Shown here in pieces: positions 16,500 to 25,810 of a DNA stretch of 64,000 bases. A model generated the notes under the pieces. The model searched no databases and had not been told where the DNA came from. It saw only the letters and a list, made by a program, of their open reading frames with translations. Each line of letters begins with the position of its first letter. Within the stretch, counting starts at the first letter, position 1. Both the position numbers and the translations under genes were made by a program. The DNA is from Candidatus Aminicenantes bacterium (GTDB taxonomy: Bacteria; Acidobacteriota; Aminicenantia; S016-38), in NCBI GenBank assembly GCA_026991555.1, contig JALXBI010000050.1:245-64244 (forward strand), in the 5' to 3' direction.

Positions 16500-17857
16500 A
16501 GGTGAAACACAGGGCAAAAATATTGCTTATAGAGGATGATAGGAACTTCCTCATGCCCCTGAAGGAGTTCTTAGAATCCAGGGGATTTGAAGCTCACATA
16601 TCATCTAAGGCGAGGGACGCCATTGAATTATCCAGACACGAGCTATACGATATGTTCATTATAGACCAGAATTTACCGGATATGGAAGGTATAGAACTGG
16701 CTAAGGAATTGCTTTACTTTCAACCTGGAGCCGCCACACTGATAATGACCGCCTATCCCGACGTAAAGAAGGCAGTGAGAGCTATGAGATTAGGGGTGAT
16801 AAACTACATGATAAAACCCTTTGCCCCTGAAGAGCTTCTCGATGAAATCATCAAGACCCTTGAACTCAGAGAATATAAAAACCTGCGGGAACTCCATAAT
16901 TTTTCCCTAAGAAAGGAAAGGGAAAAAATTTGCATTATAGGCAAATCCAGATGGGCTCAGGAGATTCGGGAATTCATTGAAATGGCAGCTAACTCCCTTG
17001 ATACCCCTGTCCTTTTAACCGGCGAAACTGGCACGGGAAAATCCTTAGTGGCAAGGGCTATCCACTACAATAGCCCTATCAGGGAAAAACCGTTTTTAGT
17101 AGTGAACTGCGCCGCAATTCCAGAATCCCTTCTTGAAGCGGAACTTTTCGGTTTTGAGAAGGGGGCATTCACCGGAGCTGAAAAAAGCCGAAAGGGGGTA
17201 TTTGAGCTGGCCAATGGGGGCACTCTATTCCTGGACGAGATCGGTGACATGCCTATTCCAATGCAAGCTAAAATTCTCCATGTGCTGGATTCAGGAAGGA
17301 TAAGGAGAATAGGAGGGGAGAGGGAGATAAAGGTTAAGGTGAGAATTATTGCTGCCACCAACAAAAACATAGAAGAACTGGTCAAAAAGAAGGAGTTCAG
17401 AAGTGATCTTTACTATCGCCTGGCGGTATTGAGCTTTGAACTCCCTCCCCTCAGAAACCGAAGAGAGGATATAATCCCTCTTGCCGAACACTTCCTGAGA
17501 CAATTGTCCAGGGGAAACCATTATGAACTATCTCCCGAGGACAAAGAGGCGCTGGTCAATTACGATTTTCCAGGCAATGTAAGGGAACTGAGAAATATAA
17601 TAGAAAGAGCCTTAATTCTGTCACGCAGAAAAGGGGTTCTCAGTATAAAGGAACTAATCAATAGATCACCTTTCCGGGAAAACATCAGGAAAGATGAATC
17701 CGGGACTTCTGAGAGATTTCCTCCGCTTGAGGAAGTCATAAAAGAACACGTTCATAGGGCCCTTAAGATCACCCGGGGCAACAAGACCGAGGCGGCAAAA
17801 TTACTGGGTATTTCCATCTCCACATTAAAAAGATGGTTAAAAAAATGGTCAAATTGA
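16490..17857 (+). CDS. sigma-54-dependent response regulator (NtrC family: REC, AAA+, Fis-type HTH)
   Basis: REC domain with D at ILLIEDD...DQNLPDMEG. Walker A GETGTGKS. GAFTGA motif (FEKGAFTGA). C-terminal HTH. Confidence 0.85.
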   Translation: MEMKVKHRAKILLIEDDRNFLMPLKEFLESRGFEAHISSKARDAIELSRHELYDMFIIDQNLPDMEGIELAKELLYFQPGAATLIMTAYPDVKKAVRAMRLGVINYMIKPFAPEELLDEIIKTLELREYKNLRELHNFSLRKEREKICIIGKSRWAQEIREFIEMAANSLDTPVLLTGETGTGKSLVARAIHYNSPIREKPFLVVNCAAIPESLLEAELFGFEKGAFTGAEKSRKGVFELANGGTLFLDEIGDMPIPMQAKILHVLDSGRIRRIGGEREIKVKVRIIAATNKNIEELVKKKEFRSDLYYRLAVLSFELPPLRNRREDIIPLAEHFLRQLSRGNHYELSPEDKEALVNYDFPGNVRELRNIIERALILSRRKGVLSIKELINRSPFRENIRKDESGTSERFPPLEEVIKEHVHRALKITRGNKTEAAKLLGISISTLKRWLKKWSN

Positions 17858-17932
17858 TCCGAAGAAGTCATATTTGAGCGGCTCAATTTGACCTATGGTT
17901 ACTTATCGCCGCTTCTCATAAGACTCCAGGTT

Positions 17933-17948
17933 TGGCATGTTTCTTGCT
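17933..17948 (+). promoter_or_regulatory. sigma-54 (-24/-12) promoter TGGCATGTTTCTTGCT upstream of the REC-DUF4388 regulator gene
   Basis: GG and GC elements are separated by exactly 10 nt, matching TGGCAC-N5-TTGCW. It lies very close to the ATG at 17961. Confidence 0.45.
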
Positions 17949-17960
17949 TAATAAGAAACG

Positions 17961-19022
17961 ATGAAAAGGATATTAATAGTGGATGATGATAAAAACTTTC
18001 TTGTTAGCCTGAAGGATGCCCTGGAGAAATACGAAGGCTTTGAAGTCCTGACAGCAACCACCGGATCGGAAGCAGAAAAAATCCTCCGGGAGGAGCCAGC
18101 GGTGGATTTGATCATATCCGATCTGAAAATGGGGGAAATAGATGGCCTCCAGCTACTAACTTACGTTTCAAGGGAATTTCCCTCCCTGCCTTTTATTCTC
18201 ATGACAGCCTATGGATCCCCTGCCATAAAAAAGAAAGTTCAGGAATTGGGGGCAGGATATCTTGAGAAACCCCTCACCTTAAAAACTCTTACAAACGCTA
18301 TAAACACCGTTCTGAAGAAGGAAGAATCCCCAGAAGGGATAATCAAAAATTTCTCGGCTATTTCCCTAGCCCAGCTCATCCGTCTTGAGGGAAAATCCTG
18401 CGATGTGTTGATAATTTCGGAAAGAGGAGAAGAAGGTATTCTGGGCTTTTTATCCGGTGAGTTAACGTATGCAAGGGCTGGAACCCTGGAAGGGGATGAG
18501 GCGGCCAAGGAAATTTTTAAATGGAAAGGAACAAAATTATTCATTAAGGAGTTTCAGCCCCATCCCAAAAACATCCATAGGTCCCTTGAAAGCCTCATTC
18601 TTGAGGCCGCCAGGGAAAAGGACGAAGGGAAAAATTCAGGATTAAATCACAAAGAAAAAAACAAAAAGGAGGTAACTATGCCTTTACCCTATGAGGAAAT
18701 CGTGGAAAGTTTCAAGGAAATTCCCGGCTACGTTGGGTCAGCGATTTTCAATGTCAACGGAGAACAGCTGGTATTTCATGCGCTAAAGGATGCAGATAGG
18801 CTGAAAAAATACTTCCTTCAGATGACCAGCCTGTTCGTAGCAGGCCAAAAGGCAGCGGAGAAAACAGGAGCAGGAGGTCTGGATTTTATCCAGACTGACT
18901 CGGATCTTGGGAAATTCCTGGCAAGACGAGGGGAAAAATTCATCGCCATGCTTATGCTGGAAGAAGACGGCAACATAGCTCTGGCCAAGGAGGCTCTGGA
19001 AGAAGCAGCCAAGAAAATTTAA
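17961..19022 (+). CDS. response regulator: REC plus DUF4388 plus a C-terminal Roadblock/LC7-like domain
   Basis: REC domain (ILIVDDDKNF...DLKMGEIDG). Middle DUF4388-like segment (FSAISLAQLIRLEGKSCDVLI...GEEAAKEIFKWKGTKLFIKEF). C-terminal ~100-aa domain with an MglB/Roadblock-like pattern. Confidence 0.65.
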   Translation: MKRILIVDDDKNFLVSLKDALEKYEGFEVLTATTGSEAEKILREEPAVDLIISDLKMGEIDGLQLLTYVSREFPSLPFILMTAYGSPAIKKKVQELGAGYLEKPLTLKTLTNAINTVLKKEESPEGIIKNFSAISLAQLIRLEGKSCDVLIISERGEEGILGFLSGELTYARAGTLEGDEAAKEIFKWKGTKLFIKEFQPHPKNIHRSLESLILEAAREKDEGKNSGLNHKEKNKKEVTMPLPYEEIVESFKEIPGYVGSAIFNVNGEQLVFHALKDADRLKKYFLQMTSLFVAGQKAAEKTGAGGLDFIQTDSDLGKFLARRGEKFIAMLMLEEDGNIALAKEALEEAAKKI

Positions 19023-19134
19023 CGGGACATAACGGAATTTCCTTAAAAGGGGAGAACAGTATTATAGTTCTCCCCCTTGACATCTCATTTATAATTCTTC
19101 TTAATTACAATTTAATTTAAATAAGGGGTGTAAT

Positions 19135-19707
19135 ATGTCGCTTAGAATTAAGTTTGCGGATTTGTTGACCTTTCTTTCCTTCAAGTCCTCACCAAACAAA
19201 CTTATAAGGGTGCTTTTCTCTTACGGCTCACAAAATGGGGAAATGGCCTTTAAGAACGGAGAAATGTGGGAATTAAGATTCCCCGACATGGAAACGGACT
19301 CTGCCATAAACTTTCTCCATGACAGAAAAATAGTAATAAAAGAAATAAAGGAGCTGCTCCCGGGCAATACAATAGAAACCCTGTCACACCTCATTTCCGG
19401 ATTTTCAAAGGAATTTCTTATATACCACGCCCGGGAAGGAGAATTAACGTGGGAAATATCATCTGAAGAATTGAAGGATTTCTATTTAAAATCTAAAAAG
19501 AAAATCCTCGAAAATCTCAAGCACAGAACGGACATTGTATGGCTTGAGAACGACGAAAATCCGGGGATCTATGCTCTTAAGCTAAAGAAGGAGCTCGTGG
19601 TATTCACCTTCTTCAATACGTCCCCCTCTGCCAGGGAAGAATTCTTCAATTCAACTCCGCCTTTCCTCAGAGAACTGTCAAAGATTACATCAGAATGCGT
19701 TCCCTAA
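19135..19707 (+). CDS. stand-alone DUF4388-domain protein
   Basis: IKFADLLTFLSFKSSPNKLIRVLFSYGSQNGEMAFKNGEMWELRF matches the DUF4388 pattern. Paralogue of 60115..60714. Confidence 0.5.
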   Translation: MSLRIKFADLLTFLSFKSSPNKLIRVLFSYGSQNGEMAFKNGEMWELRFPDMETDSAINFLHDRKIVIKEIKELLPGNTIETLSHLISGFSKEFLIYHAREGELTWEISSEELKDFYLKSKKKILENLKHRTDIVWLENDENPGIYALKLKKELVVFTFFNTSPSAREEFFNSTPPFLRELSKITSECVP

Positions 19708-19767
19708 TTAAAAAGCGGGCCAGTATCACTTGTTTCTTTTTCCGTTTTCAGGAAGGAGGCTCACTTC

Positions 19768-20112
19768 TCAACAGGTCAGGTGAAAGGCTCCGCAAACCTT
19801 TTTCCCTTCTTCCACCAGCTGGTTGAAAATCTCCGCTGCCCTTGATGTCTTCTCCGCTACAAGGTGAATACCCAGCTCCTTCAGTTTTTCCTCCACCTCC
19901 CTTTGCACCTTCATAAAACCATAGGCACCGGTTCCCACCACCAGAACCTCGGGCCTATAGGAAATTATGTCCTGGATGTCATCCAGGTAAAGTTTGTGCC
20001 CCTCCTTTCTCCACCAGTTCTTAACTATGCGCTCGGGAAAAATCTTGAGGTCCGCGGTAAACTCCTCTCCATCAACGACCATAAGCCCAAATTTGTATTT
20101 CTCTATTTTCAT
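19768..20112 (-). CDS. Mth938-like domain protein
   Basis: RPEVLVVGTGAYGFMKV...LGIHLVAEKTSRAAEIFNQLVEEGKKVCGAFHLTC pattern. Confidence 0.5.
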   Translation of the reverse strand: MKIEKYKFGLMVVDGEEFTADLKIFPERIVKNWWRKEGHKLYLDDIQDIISYRPEVLVVGTGAYGFMKVQREVEEKLKELGIHLVAEKTSRAAEIFNQLVEEGKKVCGAFHLTC

Positions 20113-22157
20113 TCTGCTTTTTTCAAAAGCTCCTTCACCGAAGGCTGGTCGGGATTGATTTTAAGGGAAGCCTCAAGGACCTTCCTTGCCTCCCCCTTCT
20201 TACCCAGTTTCAGGTAACAAGCACCTAAGGAATTCAAAACCCTGACATCGCTGTCGTAAATCAAAAGAGATCGCCTATAATAGGATATGGCAGTTTGGCA
20301 ATCCCCCTGAAGCTCGTAGGCCTTTCCCTTGTAAAATAGAATTTCCGGTTCCCCCTTTTCCTCAAATCCTGAAAGAATCCTCAGGGCATCCTTAGGCCTT
20401 TTTTCCACCAGGTATGCTTTTGCAAGGTAAACCGCTGCCTCCTTGAAATCCGGTTTTCCTTCCAGGGCCTTTTCAAGATAAGGGATGGATTTTCTGTATT
20501 CACCCGCATTCTGATACTGAAGGGCCAGGGCGTAGTAAACTATATATTTCCTCTCAAGGGGAAGGTTTTTCGTCACCACCGAGGGTCTGGGGAGAGCGGA
20601 AATCGGACTGACCATGAAGTCCGCAGGGGGGGATTTCTTTTCCCCGATTCTCGCAAAAAGCACATATTCATCCGAAGGAAGTTTCTCCGCTATGGCTCCG
20701 GAATAAACAAAATCCCTTTTGTAGGGAAGGGTGGAAAGCTTTACTGAGGCCAGAACCTTTTCCTCCTCCTCGGTTTGCAGCACCAACTCCAGTTTTTCCT
20801 TCTGCCAAATCTCCTTTGGAAGAGACCAAATTTCCACGGCATATACAATTTTGTCCTTAGGAGTAAAGGCCTTTTTGGCATCCATGTAGTAATAGACATT
20901 GGCTAAGGTAAAGGGTTTCAGGGCGTAAAGGGAAAATTGAGAGGTTTTATATGCCAGAATTGGCTTTCCTATATTGAATTCCCCGGAGGAAGGCACTGCT
21001 ATTCTTTTGTCCCAGTAGGAAAATTCCTTGGATACGGTGTTTTTTACAAGGAGCACCACATCATATGTCCCTTCTATAATGGGGACCTCACCCTGAAGCG
21101 CAAGTCCCCCGCTCTTTACTGCGGAAAGCTCTGAACTTTTGACCTCCACGGTGTAGGTATTCTTAAATTTGGCAAGGACCTTTTCCTCGGATTGTTTTAA
21201 TATAACATCAACCTCAAAGGCAGCCAGGTATTTTCCACCTCCCTCCTTCTGGAAGGTAACCGAGGAGGGCTGGATGGAATAGTGGAGAAAATTTACCCCC
21301 AGGTTCAGGTCCTTTAAGATGTAGGTAATGAAGTCAGCCTTTATGTAATTGAGGCTGTAGTCCACATCAACCATCCCTTTGTATTTAAGAAAATCCTCTG
21401 CGTAGGAAGTATCAAATTCCTTTTCTGGAAGGGAAAGAACATTGGCTATTATAGATGCAGCCTGGGGAGAAGGCTGATAATTGTAAGGTATAGTGCCCGG
21501 TATAAGAGAAAGGGCCACATCGGCAATGGCCGGCGCGTGCTCTCTTAAATATTCGTAGAGCTGCTCGTAATCGGTGGGATTAAGGTCCATGGTATTGGTA
21601 GTTTTAAGAAGCAGGGCATAGGGACCGTCGGAAAGGGGATCGTAAAGCTTGAATTCCCCCATCCCATTCCTCTTGAAGAAAATTATGGCAAAATGGGGAG
21701 GGAGTCCGGGTTTTCCCTGCCCGTAATAATACCAGACCTCTATGGGAACCAATACCTGGCTCATGTAATATCTTTCAATGCTGACGGGCTTTCCCAGAAG
21801 GATGTAAATCCTGCCCCTGTCCGTCTTCCATCCTGGCTTTGGGGAATCTATTCCTAAATATTTATTGGCATAATTAAACCTTTTTATCAGCTCCTGCTTG
21901 AATTCGTTCTGAGGGGTGGCTGGATTGGGGTCCCTGACCCTCCAGAAGGCCTTTATAAAAATGTCCCTTTCCCGGTTGTTCTTCAGTTTAAGGAAAACCT
22001 CCTTCTCCTTGGGGGTTATGACCCACCAGACCAGCTCCAGCCATTTCTGATACTTCAGAGGAAGCTCCTTGATTATCTTCTCTTCCTTAGAAGGAAAGAG
22101 AAAAAAGGCCACAAGGAAAAGAAGAAGTAGTTTCTTTGCCAATCCTGTTTTTCTCAT
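20109..22157 (-). CDS. secreted GWxTD-domain protein with C-terminal TPR repeats
   Basis: Signal peptide. GWKTDRGRIYILLGKP motif. C-terminal TPR-like repeats (YYALALQYQNAGEY..., AVYLAKAY..., LNSLGACYLKLGK). Confidence 0.55.
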   Translation of the reverse strand: MRKTGLAKKLLLLFLVAFFLFPSKEEKIIKELPLKYQKWLELVWWVITPKEKEVFLKLKNNRERDIFIKAFWRVRDPNPATPQNEFKQELIKRFNYANKYLGIDSPKPGWKTDRGRIYILLGKPVSIERYYMSQVLVPIEVWYYYGQGKPGLPPHFAIIFFKRNGMGEFKLYDPLSDGPYALLLKTTNTMDLNPTDYEQLYEYLREHAPAIADVALSLIPGTIPYNYQPSPQAASIIANVLSLPEKEFDTSYAEDFLKYKGMVDVDYSLNYIKADFITYILKDLNLGVNFLHYSIQPSSVTFQKEGGGKYLAAFEVDVILKQSEEKVLAKFKNTYTVEVKSSELSAVKSGGLALQGEVPIIEGTYDVVLLVKNTVSKEFSYWDKRIAVPSSGEFNIGKPILAYKTSQFSLYALKPFTLANVYYYMDAKKAFTPKDKIVYAVEIWSLPKEIWQKEKLELVLQTEEEEKVLASVKLSTLPYKRDFVYSGAIAEKLPSDEYVLFARIGEKKSPPADFMVSPISALPRPSVVTKNLPLERKYIVYYALALQYQNAGEYRKSIPYLEKALEGKPDFKEAAVYLAKAYLVEKRPKDALRILSGFEEKGEPEILFYKGKAYELQGDCQTAISYYRRSLLIYDSDVRVLNSLGACYLKLGKKGEARKVLEASLKINPDQPSVKELLKKAE

Positions 22158-22192
22158 GATAATATTTTATCAGAAAAATAAGGAGGAATATC

Positions 22193-22750
22193 ATGAGGAA
22201 AGTTTTACTGGTTTTTATTTTCCCCTTCGTTGTTCTCGCAACCTCCTTTGATATAATGCCCGGGGTGGGAATAGTTAAGGGCTCAGAGGTTCTCGATACT
22301 CACCTTTTCAACATTAAGCTATCCTCAGGGGCCGATTACGGGATAAGGGCTCAGCTCTCCACTACCCTGTTGGGCCTGGAGGCTTATTACGTTGTAAATT
22401 CCCTGGAAACCAATGCCATTGATAAAATCCGCCACCTTGACCTGGACTTTTCGGACAAGTTCGTAAATTACGGGGTAGGCGTATTCCTTCACGGAAGCGG
22501 TCTTATCGCTCCCTATCTTTCCTTAACCTACGGTAAGACGAAATTTACCGGCACCCATCGTTACGCTCCCGACGGCAAGCACTTCACGGTGGGACTGGGT
22601 GCAAAGGTCATGCTTTCCTCCATAGGAGTATGGGGAGAGGCAAGGGTTCTCAGGGTTATGGATATTCTGGAAGAATACGAGGAATTTGCTGATCCGGGGA
22701 AATTCACCACCTTCTCCGTGAATGTAGGCGCGGTGCTCAGGTTTAAGTGA
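22193..22750 (+). CDS. small outer-membrane beta-barrel protein (porin/OmpW-like)
   Basis: Signal peptide, alternating amphipathic beta strands, C-terminal aromatic residue (LRFK). Confidence 0.4.
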   Translation: MRKVLLVFIFPFVVLATSFDIMPGVGIVKGSEVLDTHLFNIKLSSGADYGIRAQLSTTLLGLEAYYVVNSLETNAIDKIRHLDLDFSDKFVNYGVGVFLHGSGLIAPYLSLTYGKTKFTGTHRYAPDGKHFTVGLGAKVMLSSIGVWGEARVLRVMDILEEYEEFADPGKFTTFSVNVGAVLRFK

Positions 22751-23448
22751 AGAAAGTAAAGGAGGCCAGGGAACTTTTAAAAAACAGGGAAGCTGTTCCC
22801 TTAGAGGGAAAACATCTGGTGGCCGATGGCCTCCGTTGGGGATTGAAGCCCCTTTATCTCTTCCTTTCCAAGGAGGATCCGCAAGTCATCGCCCTTGCCG
22901 AGAAAAGGGGAATCTCTCCCATTTTCATCGGCGAAAGGGCCATGCGTTCCCTTTCTTCCCTGAAGACCCCACCGGGGGAACTCCTTTTAGTTGCTCCTCC
23001 CCAGTGGAAGGAGGAAGATTTTTCAAAAATCGTGGTCCTGGAGGAAGTTCAGGACCCCACCAATGTAGGAAGCATACTGAGAACGGCCTATTGTTTGGGA
23101 TATGATGCTGTATATATCGATGCTCATTCCGCCCACCCCTTCTCCCCAAAAACCGTAAGGGCCAGTGCCGGATATTCCCTGAGAATGCCGGTCTTCCGGG
23201 TAGCTCTTCCCGAAAAACTACGGGAATGGAAGGGCAGAAAAAGGATTCTCGGCACCTTTCCTAAGGGAGGAGAGGCCCCGAAGCCATTAAAGGAAGATTT
23301 CGTTCTGATCTTTGGAAACGAATCCAGGGGAATAAGCCCTCAGCTGAGTCAGCTTGTGGAGCGCAAGCTCACCATACCCATGGAAAGGGGGGAGTCCTTG
23401 GGGGTGGCGGCCTCTGCTGCCATACTCCTCTATCTTCTCAGGGGCTGA
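22747..23448 (+). CDS. TrmH/SpoU-family RNA 2'-O-methyltransferase
   Basis: VVLEEVQDPTNVGSILRTAYCLG, FGNESRGI and GVAASAAILLY are the SPOUT motifs. Confidence 0.75.
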   Translation: MKKVKEARELLKNREAVPLEGKHLVADGLRWGLKPLYLFLSKEDPQVIALAEKRGISPIFIGERAMRSLSSLKTPPGELLLVAPPQWKEEDFSKIVVLEEVQDPTNVGSILRTAYCLGYDAVYIDAHSAHPFSPKTVRASAGYSLRMPVFRVALPEKLREWKGRKRILGTFPKGGEAPKPLKEDFVLIFGNESRGISPQLSQLVERKLTIPMERGESLGVAASAAILLYLLRG

Positions 23449-24418
23449 AGAAGGTGGCCAGGTTAACCCCTTTTTCGAAAAACCAGCCCAAGGGAGGATA
23501 GTGGGCCCTGGAGGGAGGAAGGGAGAGGGAGGCTGAGGTTCTCTGGAGGAGGAGCCTTTCCTCAGAAGGGGAAATCACAGCCTGAATATACTCCTTCCTT
23601 TCCCCGAGGAAATTTAAAACCTCCTCGGGACCCGGGACCTCCTTTAGAAGCACCGTTCTCGCCGGGATTAGAGGGGGAAATTCCTTTACCAGAAAAAGGG
23701 CTTCATGGGAAAGAAGGCAAAAATCCTCAGCATAATAGGTGAGATATTTTGTGTAATACTCAAAGGAAAACCTGTTGAAACTTCCCTGGGGGGGTCTTTC
23801 CCAGGCGGCTTCCTTAAAAATCTCACAAGCCCTTTTAAGTTCCCATTTTTCAGCGAACAAAACCACCGGCGAAAGACAACCCTCCCCATCAAAGCTCAGG
23901 GCGTCCAGGAAAAAGGGATAGGGGTCATCCTTCACTATACCTATGGAAAAGCGAGGGCCAAAGAACCTGAAGGGAACCCCGAGCTTGGAAAGGGCCTGCC
24001 CCAGACCCTTCGCTCCGAAACCCACCACAAAGTCAAATTCCCGGGCATAACTATTTAAATGGCTGTGGGGAAAAAACACGAATTTCAAACCGGAAAACTC
24101 CCCAAGGAGCCGGTAAAAAAGTTCTTCAGCCAGGGGTCTTTTAAAAACTGCCTCCAGACCGTAGGCATCAAGGAGTGGCCCCATCTGGAAAGGTATGAGG
24201 GGGACATTGGCCGGCAGAAGCACCAGGACCCTGCGGGGGCCTGAAAGGTGAGGGGGCTCAAATTCCAGAAGCTGGCGGGAAAGGTAAAGGAGAATGTCCT
24301 TTAAAACATTCTCCTGATAACCCTTAGAGGATACAGGCCTTCCCTTTTCAATTTCCCGGACAATCTTAAGGGCAGCCTCGGCCAGCCTTTCTGTCCACTT
24401 ATCTGAAGACATATCCAC
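23438..24418 (-). CDS. LuxC-like acyl-CoA reductase candidate (assignment mostly by context)
   Basis: 326 aa, overlaps the upstream LuxE-like gene by 20 nt. No strong motif recognised by eye. Confidence 0.35.
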   Translation of the reverse strand: MDMSSDKWTERLAEAALKIVREIEKGRPVSSKGYQENVLKDILLYLSRQLLEFEPPHLSGPRRVLVLLPANVPLIPFQMGPLLDAYGLEAVFKRPLAEELFYRLLGEFSGLKFVFFPHSHLNSYAREFDFVVGFGAKGLGQALSKLGVPFRFFGPRFSIGIVKDDPYPFFLDALSFDGEGCLSPVVLFAEKWELKRACEIFKEAAWERPPQGSFNRFSFEYYTKYLTYYAEDFCLLSHEALFLVKEFPPLIPARTVLLKEVPGPEEVLNFLGERKEYIQAVISPSEERLLLQRTSASLSLPPSRAHYPPLGWFFEKGVNLATFFSP

Positions 24419-25316
24419 AGCCCCTTTCTTCTTCGGTGGCCCTTCCTAAGACGAAAAATCCATCCTCGGTTGCCTCCACGAGGTCAGGAACTAAAAGGGC
24501 AGAAACCGTGCACAGATTGGCAAAATCAAAAACCCTGAGGAGCCCCCTCCCCTCGGTTAAAACCCCTGCCCAGGGATGTGGGGTATAGGGTCTTAGCGAT
24601 GGGGCGTAAAACTGGGAAAAAAGCTCCGCCATTCCGTATTCGCTCCAGAACTCCGCCCAAGGAAAGAATCGCTTAGCGTAATTATGAAGCTGATTTCTAT
24701 CGTATTTAAGACCCAGGCCCTTGTATCCTCCTGTTTCTATAACCACCTCTATTTCCGGAAGGAGGCTTCCCTCATCCTCAAGCCACCGGCAAAGGCGAAG
24801 TAGCTGAGTGGAGGTGAGGAACAAAACCCCTTTTTTGCCCTTTAGTTTTTCGTAAGCCTCCTTGGGTTCCAGCTCATAGGACCAATTTAGGTATTCAACG
24901 GCGGGAAAAAGACTTATCATGAAGGAAAGGGAGGAGCGAGGAAAAAGGGAAAAGGGAGGAATAAGGGATAAAACCCTTCTTCCCTTAAAGGGAAAAGAGC
25001 GAAGGGCTGATATTTTGTAGAGCTGGAGGGAGTGGACGCTGTAAAAAACCCTGCTTTTTTCTCCGGTGGTTCCGCTGGAGAGAAAAAAAACCTCTGCCTT
25101 CCCGCAGGAGAACACCCTTTCCCTTTTGAAAAATTCCACGGGAAGGAAGGGAATATCCTCCAGTCTTTTTACCCTCCCCTTACCCAATTTCTCTGCAAAT
25201 TTCCTGTAGACAGGATTATTTTTCAGTTGAAAATTCACCACCTCTAAGGCAAGCTCAGGGGAAAAACTTTCCCCTTCCTTTATAAATTCCTGAACCCTCT
25301 TAAAAAGCTCCTTCAT
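24399..25316 (-). CDS. LuxE/PaaK-like acyl-adenylate-forming enzyme (acyl-protein synthetase family)
   Basis: SSGTTGEKSRVFYS is the adenylate-forming P-loop-like motif. Its size fits the LuxE clade. Confidence 0.5.
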   Translation of the reverse strand: MKELFKRVQEFIKEGESFSPELALEVVNFQLKNNPVYRKFAEKLGKGRVKRLEDIPFLPVEFFKRERVFSCGKAEVFFLSSGTTGEKSRVFYSVHSLQLYKISALRSFPFKGRRVLSLIPPFSLFPRSSLSFMISLFPAVEYLNWSYELEPKEAYEKLKGKKGVLFLTSTQLLRLCRWLEDEGSLLPEIEVVIETGGYKGLGLKYDRNQLHNYAKRFFPWAEFWSEYGMAELFSQFYAPSLRPYTPHPWAGVLTEGRGLLRVFDFANLCTVSALLVPDLVEATEDGFFVLGRATEEERGCGYVFR

Positions 25317-25810
25317 AGATAACCCATGTTTTTCAGGGCCTGAGTATAAGTTTTTCCTTCCCTATTCCCCGTGGAAGGAGCACACCCCACATATTTTTTC
25401 CCTTCAAGATAAAGGGAGCAGAAGGGAAGACCGTTTTCCTTTATGGCCTTCCATATCTCAAAATCGCTCAGCCCTTTGAGGGGAAAGATTTCCTTTACAG
25501 GGCCGGAAAGAGGTTTGGGTTTTCTTAGGGGTTCGTAGACTTCGGAAAAGCCCTGCGAGGAAAGATAGGGAAGGAGGAATTCCTCCCTCAGGTAATTGCA
25601 CCATTCATCCCTTCCCCCTTCAAAATCCCCTGCCTCCACATCCAGCCTGATGGCTTTGAACCCGAAGTGCCTCTCCGCTTCCATTAAATAATCGTAAACC
25701 TGAGGGAGATAAAATCCTGGGTCAATGAATAGCACGGCATCAACCTCTCTGGCATAGAGATGCAAAAGAAGGGTGGTTTCCTTATCTCCCACAAACCAAA
25801 GCGCCTTCAT
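25313..25810 (-). CDS. PAPS-reductase-family (adenine-nucleotide alpha-hydrolase fold) protein with a degenerate PP-loop
   Basis: FVGDKETTLLLHL sits where SGGKDS is expected. The C-terminal LPFCSLYLEGKKYVGCAPST resembles the conserved LY..Gy.siGC..CT region. Confidence 0.5.
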   Translation of the reverse strand: MKALWFVGDKETTLLLHLYAREVDAVLFIDPGFYLPQVYDYLMEAERHFGFKAIRLDVEAGDFEGGRDEWCNYLREEFLLPYLSSQGFSEVYEPLRKPKPLSGPVKEIFPLKGLSDFEIWKAIKENGLPFCSLYLEGKKYVGCAPSTGNREGKTYTQALKNMGYL

